This document shows, one piece after another, positions 1 to 13,101 of a DNA stretch of 64,000 nucleotides (position 1 is its first letter; each line of letters opens with the position of its first letter). The stretch is from NCBI RefSeq assembly GCF_009914755.1, contig NC_060930.1, one strand, 5' to 3'. The notes beneath the pieces are model-generated. The model was not told where the DNA came from, searched no databases, and worked only from the letters and a program-made list of their open reading frames with translations. Made by a program: the position numbers and the translations under genes. This DNA comes from the human T2T-CHM13v2.0 reference genome, Homo sapiens.

Positions 1-794
1 AACCGACATGCTTTAAAACAATTTAATGGGGCTAAAAGCTGTTTGAAACTGGCTTCATGGCTCTATGAGAATATCATCAAACTGTCTAAATTCTAGGAAA
101 TTTTCCAAATAATGACCGCAAGAAATTGGCTACAGACTTTAACTTCCCACAAAGATACAATTCATTATTGTGCATTCTCCTTAAGACTGAAAGTGCAAAA
201 AACTGTTCGGACTTATAAAAATTAAAGAAAAACAAATTTATAAAAGTAAAGGAAACTGCTGTTCTTTTGAAATTGTGTGTGCCCAGAAAGGCCACTGCAT
301 TCCCTTAAAGAGAATATCCCTCAAGATAGTTGAGAACTCAGATATAAAAAGTGAAAATAAAGGCTTTTAAAAAATCGTGTATAGATTAAATGTCATTTGT
401 TTTTAAGATGTCCCAAATTCTACCCATTAAAAGAAGATAGTGAGAATTCTGTTAGGTCACTGATGGGTACTGACAGCTTTCAATGTGGGCCCCAGGCTCT
501 GCTGGGCTTCCAGGTAGATATTAACTGCCTTCCCCTCCAGCCCAGAGAAGGGGGCCTATCCCCACCCCACTGCACAGAAAGATGCCAACTTTAGCTAAGC
601 TCCCTGTAAGGAGGTGGTTAATTAGGAGGACCCAGAAAGATGTGATAGTGGGAATGGAGCAGTCACAGAAGCTGAAAACCTCAGAGATACCACTCCCCTG
701 TACCCACCACAGATCATGGTGGGCCAGGCTTTGCCCAAAATGAAGTCAGGTCTCAGAGTCTCGCTCTGAATCATGATCCTCATTCCTCACTGTG

Positions 795-868
795 AGTGTA
801 TTCATCATAACAAATTATCGTAGACTGGGTGACTTAAATGACAGAAACTTATCCTCATGGCCCTGGAG
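795..868 (-). mobile_element. MLT1 (ERVL-MaLR) LTR fragment
   Basis: cataacaaattatcgtagactgggtgacttaaatgacagaaacttat...ctggaggctgg matches the MLT1 LTR end in antisense. Confidence 0.55.
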
Positions 869-871
869 GCT

Positions 872-969
872 GGTGATGGGAATTTTTCAGCTCCATCATA
901 GTCTTATGGGACCACTGTCATGTAGGCGGTCCATTTTTGAACCAAACCTTGCTATGCGGTGCGTGACTG
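872..969. mobile_element. Tigger3/MER7-family DNA transposon end fragment
   Basis: cagctccatcatagtcttatgggaccactgtc...gctatgcggtgcgtgactg resembles the Tigger3 terminal region. Confidence 0.65.
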
Positions 970-3900
970 TGTGTGAATGAGTGAATGAATGTATGAATGG
1001 CTCTTTGTTCCAGCTCTATCTCTTATTAGCCATTTTTTCCTTGAGTAATTCAATTTACCTACCCAAGCCTCAGGATTCTAAAGTTAGTGCCTTAATTCAC
1101 ATGGCAATTGTGTAGCTCAAATAACAGAAAATATATAAAAATACTTTATGAACATTTTACGTAAATTTTAAGAGTTACTATTCTGGTCTGTCAAAACACA
1201 GAGAAAAGAAGACAAACAACTAATTTTTATGAGTCCAACTAAAATAGATTTTTTATTTTCTTAATATAGCAAGTCTATGCAAATCCACATGTATGGGGCC
1301 AATTTTCCAATTCCAGTCTCATCCTAGGAGTTCCCAGATGTCCAGAACTCATAATATAAACATTAGAGAGCACTATTAAATTATAGCAAGGGCATGGCAC
1401 TTCTCTTTATAGCAATCCAAGGTCAAATGAACCTCTAATGGGACACATAGAGATTCTTCTCTTGGATGACTTCAAAAAGGGCTTGGGGACATACATGTTT
1501 ATAAAAAACATAATCAGGACTCAGAATTTATAAGTAAAATTATAACACAACTTTGGAATCCAGGCTGCAGAAGTCCAGTAGTATTTAAACTTGAAATGAG
1601 ACGAAAACTCTGCCATTCCTTTGGTTTACCTGTCCTGTGCACCAGATTTAATTATGTGGGGCAGAGGGCAAACAGACATCAACCTCAGTTCCTGGGAGAT
1701 GAAGCTGGACTTATTTATTTTTCTCTCATTTTTTTTTCCACAAAAACTATTTCAGGGTTTACTTTGACCCAAATCCCCTGTTGGCCTGCTTTGAGGATAA
1801 GGTGAGAGATCTGAGGACTGAGAAGTAATGAAGGCCAAGCATCTTCATTTGTAAGAGGGAAAGAAAAAAAAAATAGAAGCAAAGGAAAATGGAACAGGCT
1901 TGTAAGGTAATTAGCCATTTTCAAATGCAGCGATGGGCAAAGGAAACAAAACGTAGAACATGTATTAAAAGTCAAGCAGATGGTTTAGAAAATACAGCTG
2001 TAGGATCACACAGATTTTGACCATCCAAACCAAATTCAATTATCATGTCTGTGCTGCTTTTCTCTTTCTGCGACTGAAAGGCTATTATTAGGTGCTCTCT
2101 CTCTCTCTTTTTTACATCTCCAAGTAATGCCTTCGTAAAACATTCCAAAAAGTAAACATTAGCTTTAGGCCGTTTGATTACTGGTTTCCCAGAACGCTAT
2201 GTTCTGTCCCGTTTCTCTCCATATTCCTTTAATATTAAAAATAGGAAATGACTGAGGCGGTTGAATGGATCTGCCTTGGAGGCTGTTCCCCCAGCCAGTC
2301 TCTCAAGCATTGTTGGGTCCTCATCCCACCAAACCCCATTTCATCTTTATGACATAGACAGCCCTATGCCAAGCAGACGGAACCAGGGCACCCACCATAT
2401 CTAACATGGAAAGTATTTAGAAACTGAGCCCTTCCTTCTTCTCCACAATTATTAATTTCTTAACAGTGCCTCGCTTTGTTTAAAAAGCTTCCTTGACTGT
2501 GGCTCATTTTAGGTAAAGGTCGTTTTAGTTTTCGCGTTGGCTTAGCATCTGAATGGAAAGAACTGACTATAAATGAGTCTTTGAACAGGTGAGGTAAACG
2601 GAGCCCTGGATAAGAAGAAAGCTCACAGAAGGCCCTCCTTGGTCTAGCAGAACCCAGGACCTGATCTGGGCTGACACAGGGATCAGTTGTGATTCCAGCA
2701 GATACTCTTATTCCCACACTACTTCCTTCAAGCTCTGAGCTGACTCAGGGGAAAGCATATCTGACAAGCCTCGTAGTAGGAACCATTCCCCGGAGTGTCA
2801 AAGGGTAGAAAGGCAGCTAACAAGTCAGGCCATGAATTACTTTGCTGGTGGGGACAGATACCAGATGAACATATGTACCCGGGTTCTGCACAAAAATGTC
2901 TTTCATGCTCCTCAAAAACAACGTCACAAAGTTTGTCCCAGTGAGTTTGTTTGCCCTCAATATGTGCCTCTGAAGCAAAATGAAAAGAGAAAATGTGAAG
3001 GAAAGCAATGGTCATTGCAATTAAGCTAGCAAACAACTTAATCCTGAAGCCAAATTCATTCTCACATAAATTTAAATAACATTTTAGAAAACCTTAAATT
3101 ATCCGTCATTTCAAATTCTATTCTGTGCTTTGGTAACATTCTTAAGCACATTCGTACACATTTAGAATTGTTGGACACATACTATTTTGCCTTTTCCTTT
3201 TGAAATGTAACACGATTTCACACATTTTCGTACATCACCATTGTCCACGAACTTATCTGTAATAGCAATACGAAACTCAGTCTTTCATTAGTTTAGTCAT
3301 TCAACAAATATTTCTGAGCACCTCTAGTTACTAGAGACTTATATATTATCAAAGAGAGGATCCCTAAGGATAACCCAACAGGGTTGTTTTTCAACAGTCT
3401 TAAAACTGATCTCTTTATATTTTATTTATTTTGCAAAGTCAGCCTTCTGTATCACCAAATAAAGAGAGATTTTTCCTCAAGAAAAAGTGAACGTAAAGTA
3501 CAAGGTCTCACTTCACTTTCTGTGCCTTAATCTCTTCTATGGAAAATGAGGGAGGGATAAATTTGATACCCAAATCCTTTCTTTCCCTGGAATTCTGTGG
3601 TCTAGGTTTAAGGAAACAGTAGCAACATAACGTGTTTTGTTTTGTTCAAGCATCCTACAATTGCTCTTGGAGTCATTATGCTGTCTCTAGTCTCTAATTC
3701 ACCAGACAAACACTTAAGCAAGAACATCGAATTTTTGTTGTAAAGCCCCACTAAATGTTTAGCTGCAGCGTGTGAATCCTCAGAAACAGACCAGGAATTT
3801 AGGAACTGGGAACAAAGGGACATATCTTTCGCTATGATAAGGGAAGAACAAGGAGGCCTTTGGGAAAACAAGAAAAATCCCATTATGGGATTCAATGAGA

Positions 3901-5494
3901 GAAGAGAAAATTGTTTCCTCTTAATAAATATGACTTTATTTCATTCCAGCCACCTATTAATCCAAATTAAAAAAAAATGTTCTTGGCACTGGTGATTCCT
4001 GTCTGAGCCCATTGCTGTTCTGATTTCCCACTGAGATCTACAAGTGATCAAGAGATCAATAATTCCAAATGGTGTTTTTACAGGAGCATTTCCTTCCAGA
4101 GTATGAAAATGCTCTTTCATGAAGACAGATGGACGCAGTCTGCAGGACCCTGCTTGCTCGAGAGAAACCGTCTTTGAAAACTTTTGACAACCAGCGGGGT
4201 AGCACGTCTGTTTCTGTTTAAATGAGCTCATTACAGTTAATATTTTTGTGACTTCCAACCAGTTGTTCAATCATTTCTCAAGTGTGATACGTTTTAATCA
4301 AAAACGAAACACTTTAGGACACAGATATTGTTAACACCCCATTTTTACTACATCTTTTCTGGAACAAAGTTTCTGGAATAAGGAACTTTTTTAAAAAGTG
4401 GGGGATGGTACTTATGATATTTCTTTGTTTGCTGGAATAGAGAAAGTGGAATGATAAACAGGCCCCAAGTTATTGTAAGAATGACATGTCCCTCGTCTAC
4501 TTTCATAGGTCTGTTTCTTCGGTAAGCCATTTTCTGATCTCGCTTAGAGGATTTTATTTTATTGACTACTTTAAAAGATATAGTAAATCTAGTCTATCTG
4601 GCATTTTATTGACCAAAATAATCTAGTAAATGGCACTTCTGAGTTTATCAGCAAAATAATAGTTGACGCTTATAATGATGATGGACAGAGGAGAATAGGC
4701 TACCAGCCAAAAGGTCAGATGGCAACCAAAGCAGACGCCCAGATTCAGGAAATGTCAGAAAGTGACACTTTTGAAGAGAAGAAAACTCTCCTTATTGTAG
4801 GACTGCAAAGTGTGATTCTGGGGGCATTCTAATACTGGGGATTAAGGGACTCCCTTAAATGTTATTGAAGTGGAACTTTAGTCAGTGTACATTTGAAATG
4901 GTAACCTGTATGGGAGAACAGTCTTCTAGGTTGACATTTGAAGTGGTATTGCCATGGCAAATGTACCCTAGAGGCATGGATCTAAACGGAATCTAGGAAA
5001 GACAGAGTGCAGAGTAAGAAATTCTTATTACTGTCATGCTAGTGCAAAGATAAAAATCACTGGGATGCCAGAAGAGCTGTGGCATTTCAATAAGCCACCA
5101 CTGCTCTATGGTAATGACCAACAGGACACTCAACACCCCATGTGCACAAATCAGCCATGGAATCTTAATTCGACTTTTTGATAAAAGAGATTAAGTTGAT
5201 GGAACCATGCAAATATAGCATTCAATTTGGTAGCAAATGATGGCCACTATAAATTAGTAAATTGACATTCAGGTCCAGATTTATCTCACGCAAGCTGGAT
5301 GGCCCCTGGGCAAAGCTGGGATGTTCATTCCTAATTCACATTATGCAGTGAGGTCCAGCTTACACTGATGTCAACTCCCTGACTAACAGAATTACCAAAC
5401 TATTGATGCCTCTGCTTTTGTTACCCAAGAAAGATTAAATAATGTTAAATAGAAATTGTATTATATTTTAATTCCTTAAAAAGTATAATTGAAA

Positions 5495-5564
5495 TAATAA
5501 AAATAATACCTAATAGTTATTGAGTATTTGCTAAGTGCCAAGCACTATTTTAAGTGTTTTAATG

Positions 5565-5600
<36 letters not shown>

Positions 5601-5825
5601 GAGAGAGACAGAGAGATAGAGAGATAGATGCATTTTAATGTATAGACAGATAGATAGATTTAATCTTCATGGCATTCCTAAGAATATTCCCATTTTACAG
5701 ATGAGGCAATAGAGGCACAGGGAAGTTAAATAAATTGCCAAGATCACACAGCTGGTGAAAGGCGTAGTCCAGATTTGAACTCTGGCAATTTAGATCTTCA
5801 GTCCATCTTCTCAATTACTAGACAA
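5495..5825 (-). mobile_element. MIR SINE interrupted by (GATA)n
   Basis: MIR core cccattttacagatgaggcaatagaggcacagggaagttaaataaattgccaagatcacacagc. Confidence 0.8.
5565..5660 (+). repeat. (GATA)n/(GA)n compound microsatellite
   Basis: direct reading of tandem gata and ga units. Confidence 0.95.
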
Positions 5826-7080
5826 AATCTCTCTATTAAATAAATGTTTTATTGAGCAGTATATGCCATTGACCAAAGAAGTCAGAGAAAAGTTCTACTG
5901 AGTTAAACAAGATTTTTCCATTTATAATAGCATTCCCTAGCATTGTTTTTGTTCCCCCCTGGTTTGACTTTGGTATTCAGAATACATCTTTTTTCATAAC
6001 TCCCATGTGTCTGAGGTCAGGATTTTCACATGTGGTGCAAACACCCATTCCCAAATCAACCCCTTGACTTCCAACCGCAGGTTTACTAGGAGTAATTAAA
6101 TACTCTGCAATGCAAAGATCATGTCTGGGCCAGATAAAGCAAGGGCAGGGTGGAACTTGGCCGCCATGTTTTGTTTTTCAGTGCATATACTGAGACTACA
6201 CGGCCGGCAACTTTCACCTCTTATATTACTTTTCTCCTTTGCCAATTATTGACCCTGGGACCAGTAAACAAAAACTTGTCTTCCTTGCTGCTCTGAAGCA
6301 AATATACAATTAAAACACAGGTGTGTTTGTCTTATTAGAATCTTTGCCATGGAAATTCTAAAACATTACCAAGGCAGGGTCATGTTATCTTGCTGTGTTA
6401 CTGAACAGGAGAGATGGGGAAGTCTAAATAGAGACACTAAGCCCAGAATGTGCCTAGCCCAGGGGCACCTGCAAAGAGGAGTATGTAAAACAGGTTCTCT
6501 GACCACAAGCATTGTGTAAGAGGATGACATTTTCCATGAGGAGGACCACAGTGGCTAAGCCAAGCCCATAGAGTGGAGACCCCAATCTGTTTCTAATCAA
6601 CATCACTCAGGGGTCAAAGTCGTAATAGCATCAGGTTGATGAGATAGGGACGGGAGCTGGAGATCCACTGATGAGCTAGCTGGGATAGACCGGGCATCTT
6701 CCACAGTGCAATCTTTACTCAATCATTTATTCATTCATATAAATATACTGTTGAAGGCCAACTATATTTCAAGCACTGAGTAAGACAGGCACTATCCCCT
6801 GATCCCAAGGAATGTGTAGCCTAGCTCATGAACCCAGCTCAGCCAGAAGTCAAATTCCAATCATCAGGCCTATCTGGAAGAAGTGGGAAGAGGGTGTCGT
6901 GATATAGACAAGATGAACAGTTTGGGGTAAAGCATGCAGAGTATTTCCAGTCTAGGACCTGTGTTTGCTGGAACATCTGCAAAAACAAGAAGACCACTGG
7001 TAAAGTTCAGAATCTGCAGGGTCAGAGTCAGTTAAGTTTAGAATAGCAAGCATGTCACCTGATAGAAGAGGCTGATCCTG

Positions 7081-7362
7081 GGCTAGGCAAGGTGGCTCAT
7101 GCCTATAATCCCAGCACTTGGGGAGGCTGAGGCAGGTGGATCGCTTGAGGTCAGCAGTTCAAGACCAGCCTGGTCAACATGGCAAACCCCATCTGTACTA
7201 AAAATACACAAATTAGCTGGGTGTGTTAGTGCATGCCTCTAGTCTCAGCTCCTCAGGAGGCTGAGGCAGAAGAATTGCTTGAACCTGGAAGGCAGAGGTT
7301 GCAGTGAACCCAGATTGTACCACTGCACTCCAGCCTGGGAGACAGAGCAAAGATTCTCTTTC

Positions 7363-7393
<31 letters not shown>

Positions 7394-7412
7394 AAAGAAA
7401 GAGAGAAAAAGA
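7081..7412 (+). mobile_element. Alu (AluS-like), full length
   Basis: dimeric Alu with A/GAAA tail; TSD agaagaggctgatc at 7064-7077 and 7413-7426. Confidence 0.97.
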
Positions 7413-7847
7413 AGAAGAGGCTGATCATAAAACAGGTTGTCTGCTCTCTGTCCAGGTGCAACTTCTTGCTGCTGGGCAGCCAATGCTCCACAGACCTCTA
7501 GCCTAGACTGAAGATGGCCCCATTCTTGCAGGAGGATTGCCCACTGATGCAGGGGCCGGGATGCTGGGGTTGGCAGAAGGTGCTGAGGGCACACTTGGAA
7601 TTCATGGTGTTACGTATATTTTTGGCATCAGATTAACTTTTCTCTAAGTGTTTATCTCTGATGGACATTAAGATTAATCTTGCATTCACTGAGAGCACAC
7701 CAAATCATGGCAGAGAAAGGCAGTCCAAATGAATGGTGCATGAGAGAAAGGGACTACAAGATACCTAACATTTGGCTAATAGTGAATTAATAGAGAGTCA
7801 GTGATGTAAAATGCAATTCATTTTCATATATTATAAGTAGATAGACA

Positions 7848-7960
7848 TATATATATAAGATATATAGAACATATACAGACATAGGCATGTGTGTATATGT
7901 GTGTGTATGTGCATATATATATATATACACACACACACACATACATACATACATATATAT
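7848..7960. repeat. (TA)n/(TG)n/(CA)n compound microsatellite
   Basis: direct reading. Confidence 0.9.
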
Positions 7961-8037
7961 CTCCAAATACATGTGGCTTCTACTTTGAGCTTGACAAATA
8001 TTTCTGGCCATGTGACCTATTACAGAAAGTTATTTAG

Positions 8038-11000
8038 GCCTTTTTTTCATGATGGTAGATTAGAGCTTTACAGTGTGCCTCAGCCACTTGGAAATAGCAA
8101 GATAGTACACAAAGATCAATTCTGTAAGCTTTAATTCAAGAAGGAAAATGGGAATCCACCAGAATTGTGAAAGACACCCCAGATCCCAGAGAGGAGAATG
8201 CCAGCAAGCAGCTCCCATGATGGTAACTGACTGATAAAAGGAAAGAACGAAAAAAAAAAAAAAATCCTACCTGCGTGAAAACAATTACAAAAGTTAGAAG
8301 TGTCAATGTCTCCAGATGAGAAGGAACCAGCACAAAGATTCTGCACCATGAAAAATCTGAATGTAGTGACACCACCAAAGAATTGCACTAGCTCTCCAGC
8401 AATGGTCCCTAACCAAAATGGAAACTCAGAAATGACAGACTAATAATTCAAAGCATGAATTGCAAGGAAACTCAATAAGACCACGACAAAGTTGAAAATA
8501 AACACAAACAAACCTCTAAATCAATCCATGAAATGAAGGAAGATATTTATCTCTTCCTTCATCTCTTCCTTCATTTCATGGATTGATTTAGAGGAAATCA
8601 ATCAGAGCTTCTGGAACTGAAAAACTCACTTAAGGAGTTCGAAATGCAATTGAAAGATTTGTCAATAGACTGGACTGAGCAAAATAAAGAATTTCAGAGC
8701 TTGCAAGCTGGTCTTCTGAATTAACCCAGGCTGACAAGAATAAAGAAAAAGAATTTTTTTTAATGAGGAAAGTCATTGAGAACTATGAAATTATGTAAAG
8801 TGACCAAACCTATGAATTGTTGGTATTGCTGAGAGAGAAGGAGGAAAAGCAAACAACCTGGAAAATGTATTTGAGAAAATAATTCAAGAAAACGTCCCTA
8901 ATCTTGCTAGAGAAGAAGACACCCAGATACAAGAAATCCAGAGAACATCTGTGAGATACTATACAAAATGAACAGCACCAAGACATATAGTCACCAGACT
9001 GTCCAAGGTCAATGCTAAAGAAAAAATCTTAAGGGCAGCTAGAATTAAAGGGCAGATCATGTACAAAGAGAACCCCATCAGACAAAAAGCAGATGTCTCA
9101 ACAAAAACTTTACAAGCTTATTTTCAGAAAATGTTCTTGTATTCTTAAAGAAAATAAATTCCAACCAAGAATTTTATATCCCATCAAACTAAGCTTCATA
9201 AGTGGAGAGCTAAAATCTTCTCTAGACAAGTAAGCACTAAGCAAATTCATTACCACTAGATCGGCTTTAGAAGAGATCCTTAAGGGAACTCTAAACATGG
9301 AAAAAACAAACAAACAAAAAATACCTGCTACCAAAAAAACACACTTAAGGACAGAGCCCATAGACCCTGTAAAGCAAAAACACAGTAGAAACTACAAAGC
9401 AACTAGCTGACAACTTCATGATAGTATCAAAACCTCACATTTCAATATTAACCTTGAATGTAAATAGTCTAAATTCCCCACTTAAAATGCACAGAGTGGC
9501 ACGCTGGATGAAAAAACGAGACTCATCCACCTGCTGTCTTCAAGAGACCCATCTTACACATAACAACACCCATAGGCTCAAAGTAAAGGGTTGAAGAAAT
9601 ATCTACAACACAAACAGAAAAAAACAAAAAAGAGCAGGGGTCCCTATTCTTATATCAGATAAAACAAACTTTAAACCAGTAATGGTAGAAAAGAACAAAG
9701 AAGAACATTACATAACGATAAAGGGTTCAATTCAACAAGAAGACTTAATCCTAAATACATATTCACCCAACATTGTAGCATCCAGATTCATAAAACAAGT
9801 ACTTCTAGACCTACAAAAAGACATAGTCACAAAATAATAGTAGGGGACTTCAACATCCCACTGACAGCATTAGACAGATCATCAAGGCAGTAAACTAACA
9901 AGGAAATTCTGAACTTAAACTTGACACCTGATCAATTGGACCTAACAGACATCTACAGGATACTTCACCCATTAACCACAGAATATACATTCTTCTCATC
10001 TGCACATGGGACATACTCTAAGATTGACCACATACTTGGCCATGAAGCAGGTCTCAATAAATTCAGAAAAATCAAAATTAAACTAACCATACTCTCAGGC
10101 TACAATGAAATAAAAATAGAAATCAATATGAAGAAGATCTCTCCAAACTACACAATTACATAGAAATTAAACAACTTTCTCCTGAATAACTTTTGGGTAA
10201 ACAATGAAATCAAGGCAGAAATAAAAAAGTATTTGATATAAGTGAAAAGACACAAAATATATCAAAATCTCTGGGATATAACAAAAGCAGTATTAAAAGG
10301 AAAATTAATAGTACTAAATGCCTAACTCAAAAACTTAGAATGATCTCAAATTAATGATGTTCCTCTAACATCACACTTAGAAGAACTAGAAAAACAAGAA
10401 CAAACTAACCCTAAAGCTAGCAAAAGAAAAGAAACAACTAAAATCAGAGTGGAACTGAACAAAATTGAGGCCCCAAAATCCATACAAAGAATCAACAAAA
10501 CCCAAAGTTTGTTACTTGAAAGGAAAAACAAGACTGATAGACTGATAGCTAGACTAACAAAGAAAAAAAAGAGAGATGATCCAAATAAGCAGAATCAGAA
10601 ACGACAAAGGTAACATTACAACGGATTCCACAGAAATGCAAAAGATCCTCAGAGACTATTATGAACACTTTTATGCACACCAACTAGAAAAATCTAAGGG
10701 AAATGAATAAATTCCTGGAAACACACAATCTCCCAGGATTGAACTAGGAAGAAATTGAAACCACAAACAGGTTAATATCAAGTTCTGAAATGCAATCGGT
10801 CATAAAAAGCCTACCAACAAAAACAATTCCTGGACCAGATGGATTCACAGCCAAATTCTACTAGACTTACAAAAAAGAGCTGGTACCAATTCTACTAAAA
10901 CTATTTCAAATAGAAACTCCTCCCTAACTCATTCTACAAAGCTAGCATCCGCCTGATACCAAAACCTGTCAAAGACACAATGAGGAAAGAAAACTACAGA

Positions 11001-13101
11001 CCAATATCTCTAATGAACACACGCAAAAATCCTCAACAAAATGCTAGCAAACTAAATTCAACAGCAAATCAAAAAGTTAATTTGCCATGATCAAGTAGGC
11101 TTCATTCCTGGGGTGCAAGATTGGTTTTGACATATGCAAATCAATAAATGTGATTCACCACATGAACAGAATTAAAAACAAAAACCATATGATCATTTCA
11201 ATAAACATGGAGAAAGCTTTCAATGAAATCCAACATCTTTTGTGCAAAAATCAGTACTGTTTCTATACATCAATAATGTTCAGGTTGCGAGAGAAATCAA
11301 GAATGCAATTCCATTTACAATGGCTACCAAAAAAAAAATTCCTAGGAATATATCTAACCAAAGAGGTGAAAGATCTCTACAAGGAGAACTACAAAACAGT
11401 GCTAAAAGAAATCATAGATGACATAAACAAATGGAAAAATATTAAATATTACGGATTTGAAGAATCAATATCATTAAAATAGCCATAATGCCCAAAGCAA
11501 TCTACAGATTTAGTGCTATTTCTATCAAACTAACAACAATTATTTTTTACCAAAGACTAATCTAAAATTCATATGGAACCAAAAAGGAACCCAAATAGTC
11601 AAAGCAATCCTAAGGGGAAAAAAAAAAAGCCAGAAGGATCACATTACATGTCTTTATACCACAAGGCTCCAGTAACCAAAACAGCATCGTACTGGTACAA
11701 AAACACTTACATAGACCAATGGAACAGAAGAGAGAACTCAGAAATAAAGCTGCACACCTACAGCCGTCTAATCTTCAACAAAGTCAACAAAAATTAGCAA
11801 TAGGGAAAGGGATCCCTGTTCAAAAAATGGTGCTGGGATAGCTGGATAGCCATGTGTAGAAGAATGAAACTGGACCCCTACCTTTCACCACATACAAAAA
11901 TTAACTCAAGACAGATTAAAGATATAAATATAAGACCTTGAACTATAAGAATTCTGGAAGAAAACCTCAAAAACATCACTCTGAACATGGGACTTGAGAA
12001 AGCATTTATAAGTAAGTCCTCAAAAGCAATCACAACAAAAGCAAAAATTGTTAAGTGGGCCCTAATTAAACTAAAGAGCTCCTGTACAGCAAAAGAAACT
12101 GTCAACAGAGTAAACAGACAATCTGCAGAATGGGAGAAAAAATTCACAAACTATGCATCTGACAAAGGTCTATAGAATCTATAAGGAATTCTTCAAACTA
12201 TGTCTTCAAACAGAATCTATAAGAAACTTAAACGATAGGCCAAGCAAATTACAAATAACCTTACTTAAAAATGGGCAAAAGACATGAACAGACACTTTTC
12301 AAAAGAACACCTAGAGGCAGCCAACAAAGACCTGAAAAAATACTCATCACTAATCATCAGAGAAATGTAAATCAAAACCACAATGAGCTACCATCTCACA
12401 CCAGTCAAAATGGCTATTAAAAAGTTAGAAAACAACAGATGTTGTCAAGGCTACAGAGAAGAGGGAATGCTTACACACTGTTGGTGGAAATGTAAATTAA
12501 TTCAGCCACTGTGAAAAGCAGTTTGGAGACTTCTCAAAGAACTTAAAACTACCATTTGGCCCAGCAATCCCATTACTGTGTATATACCTGAAGAAAAATA
12601 AATTGTTCTATCAATAAGACACGTGAACTCACATGTTCATTGCAGCATTATTCACAATAGTAAAAACATGAAATCAACCTAGGTGTCCATCAGTGGTGGA
12701 TTGGTTAAAGAAAATGTGATACATATACACCACGGAATACTATATAGCCATTTAAAAAATAAAATCATGACCTTTGCAGCAACATTGATACCACTGGAGG
12801 CCATTATCCTAAGCAAATTAACATGGGAATAGAAAATGAAATACTGCGTGTTCTCACTTACAAGAGGGAGCTGAACATTGGGAACTCATGGACATAAACA
12901 TGGCAACAATAGACACTGGAGACTACCAGAGGGGGAGGGAAGTTTGGGCAAGGATTGAAAAACTAACTGCTGGGCATTATTCTCAGTACCTAGGTGACAG
13001 GATCATTTGTACCCCAAACCTCAGCATCATGCAATATGCCCAGGTAACAAACTTGTGCACAGGTACCTCCTGAATCTAAAATAAAAGGTGACAAAGGAAA
13101 A
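8038..13101 (+). mobile_element. LINE-1 (L1PA15/16-like), both ends present, internally deleted, inactive
   Basis: 5' gatggtagattagag start; ORF1 remnant from ~8317; ORF2 from ~9418 (EN-like DIYRILHP..YTFFSSAHGTYSKIDH, RT-like [12 protein letters not shown]); 3'UTR with aataaa ~13080; TSD agaaagttatttag at 8024-8037 and 13102-13115; many stops and frameshifts; inserted in a MIR-like sequence. Confidence 0.95.

Noticed and set aside
4490-4530. Plus-strand acceptor/donor pair (ctttcatag|gtctgtttcttcg|gtaagc), and a similar 41-nt pair at ~22034-22074
   Set aside because: Exon lengths (13 and 41 nt) are not multiples of 3 and there is no other support. They show that such pairs arise by chance, so the other exon candidates are scored cautiously.
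4800-5330. Possible CR1/L3 endonuclease-region fossil
   Set aside because: Resemblance too weak to call without an HMM search.
9921-12175. ORFs with endonuclease/RT similarity
   Set aside because: Fragments of a dead L1 ORF2 with stops, frameshifts and an RT-core deletion; not functional CDS.
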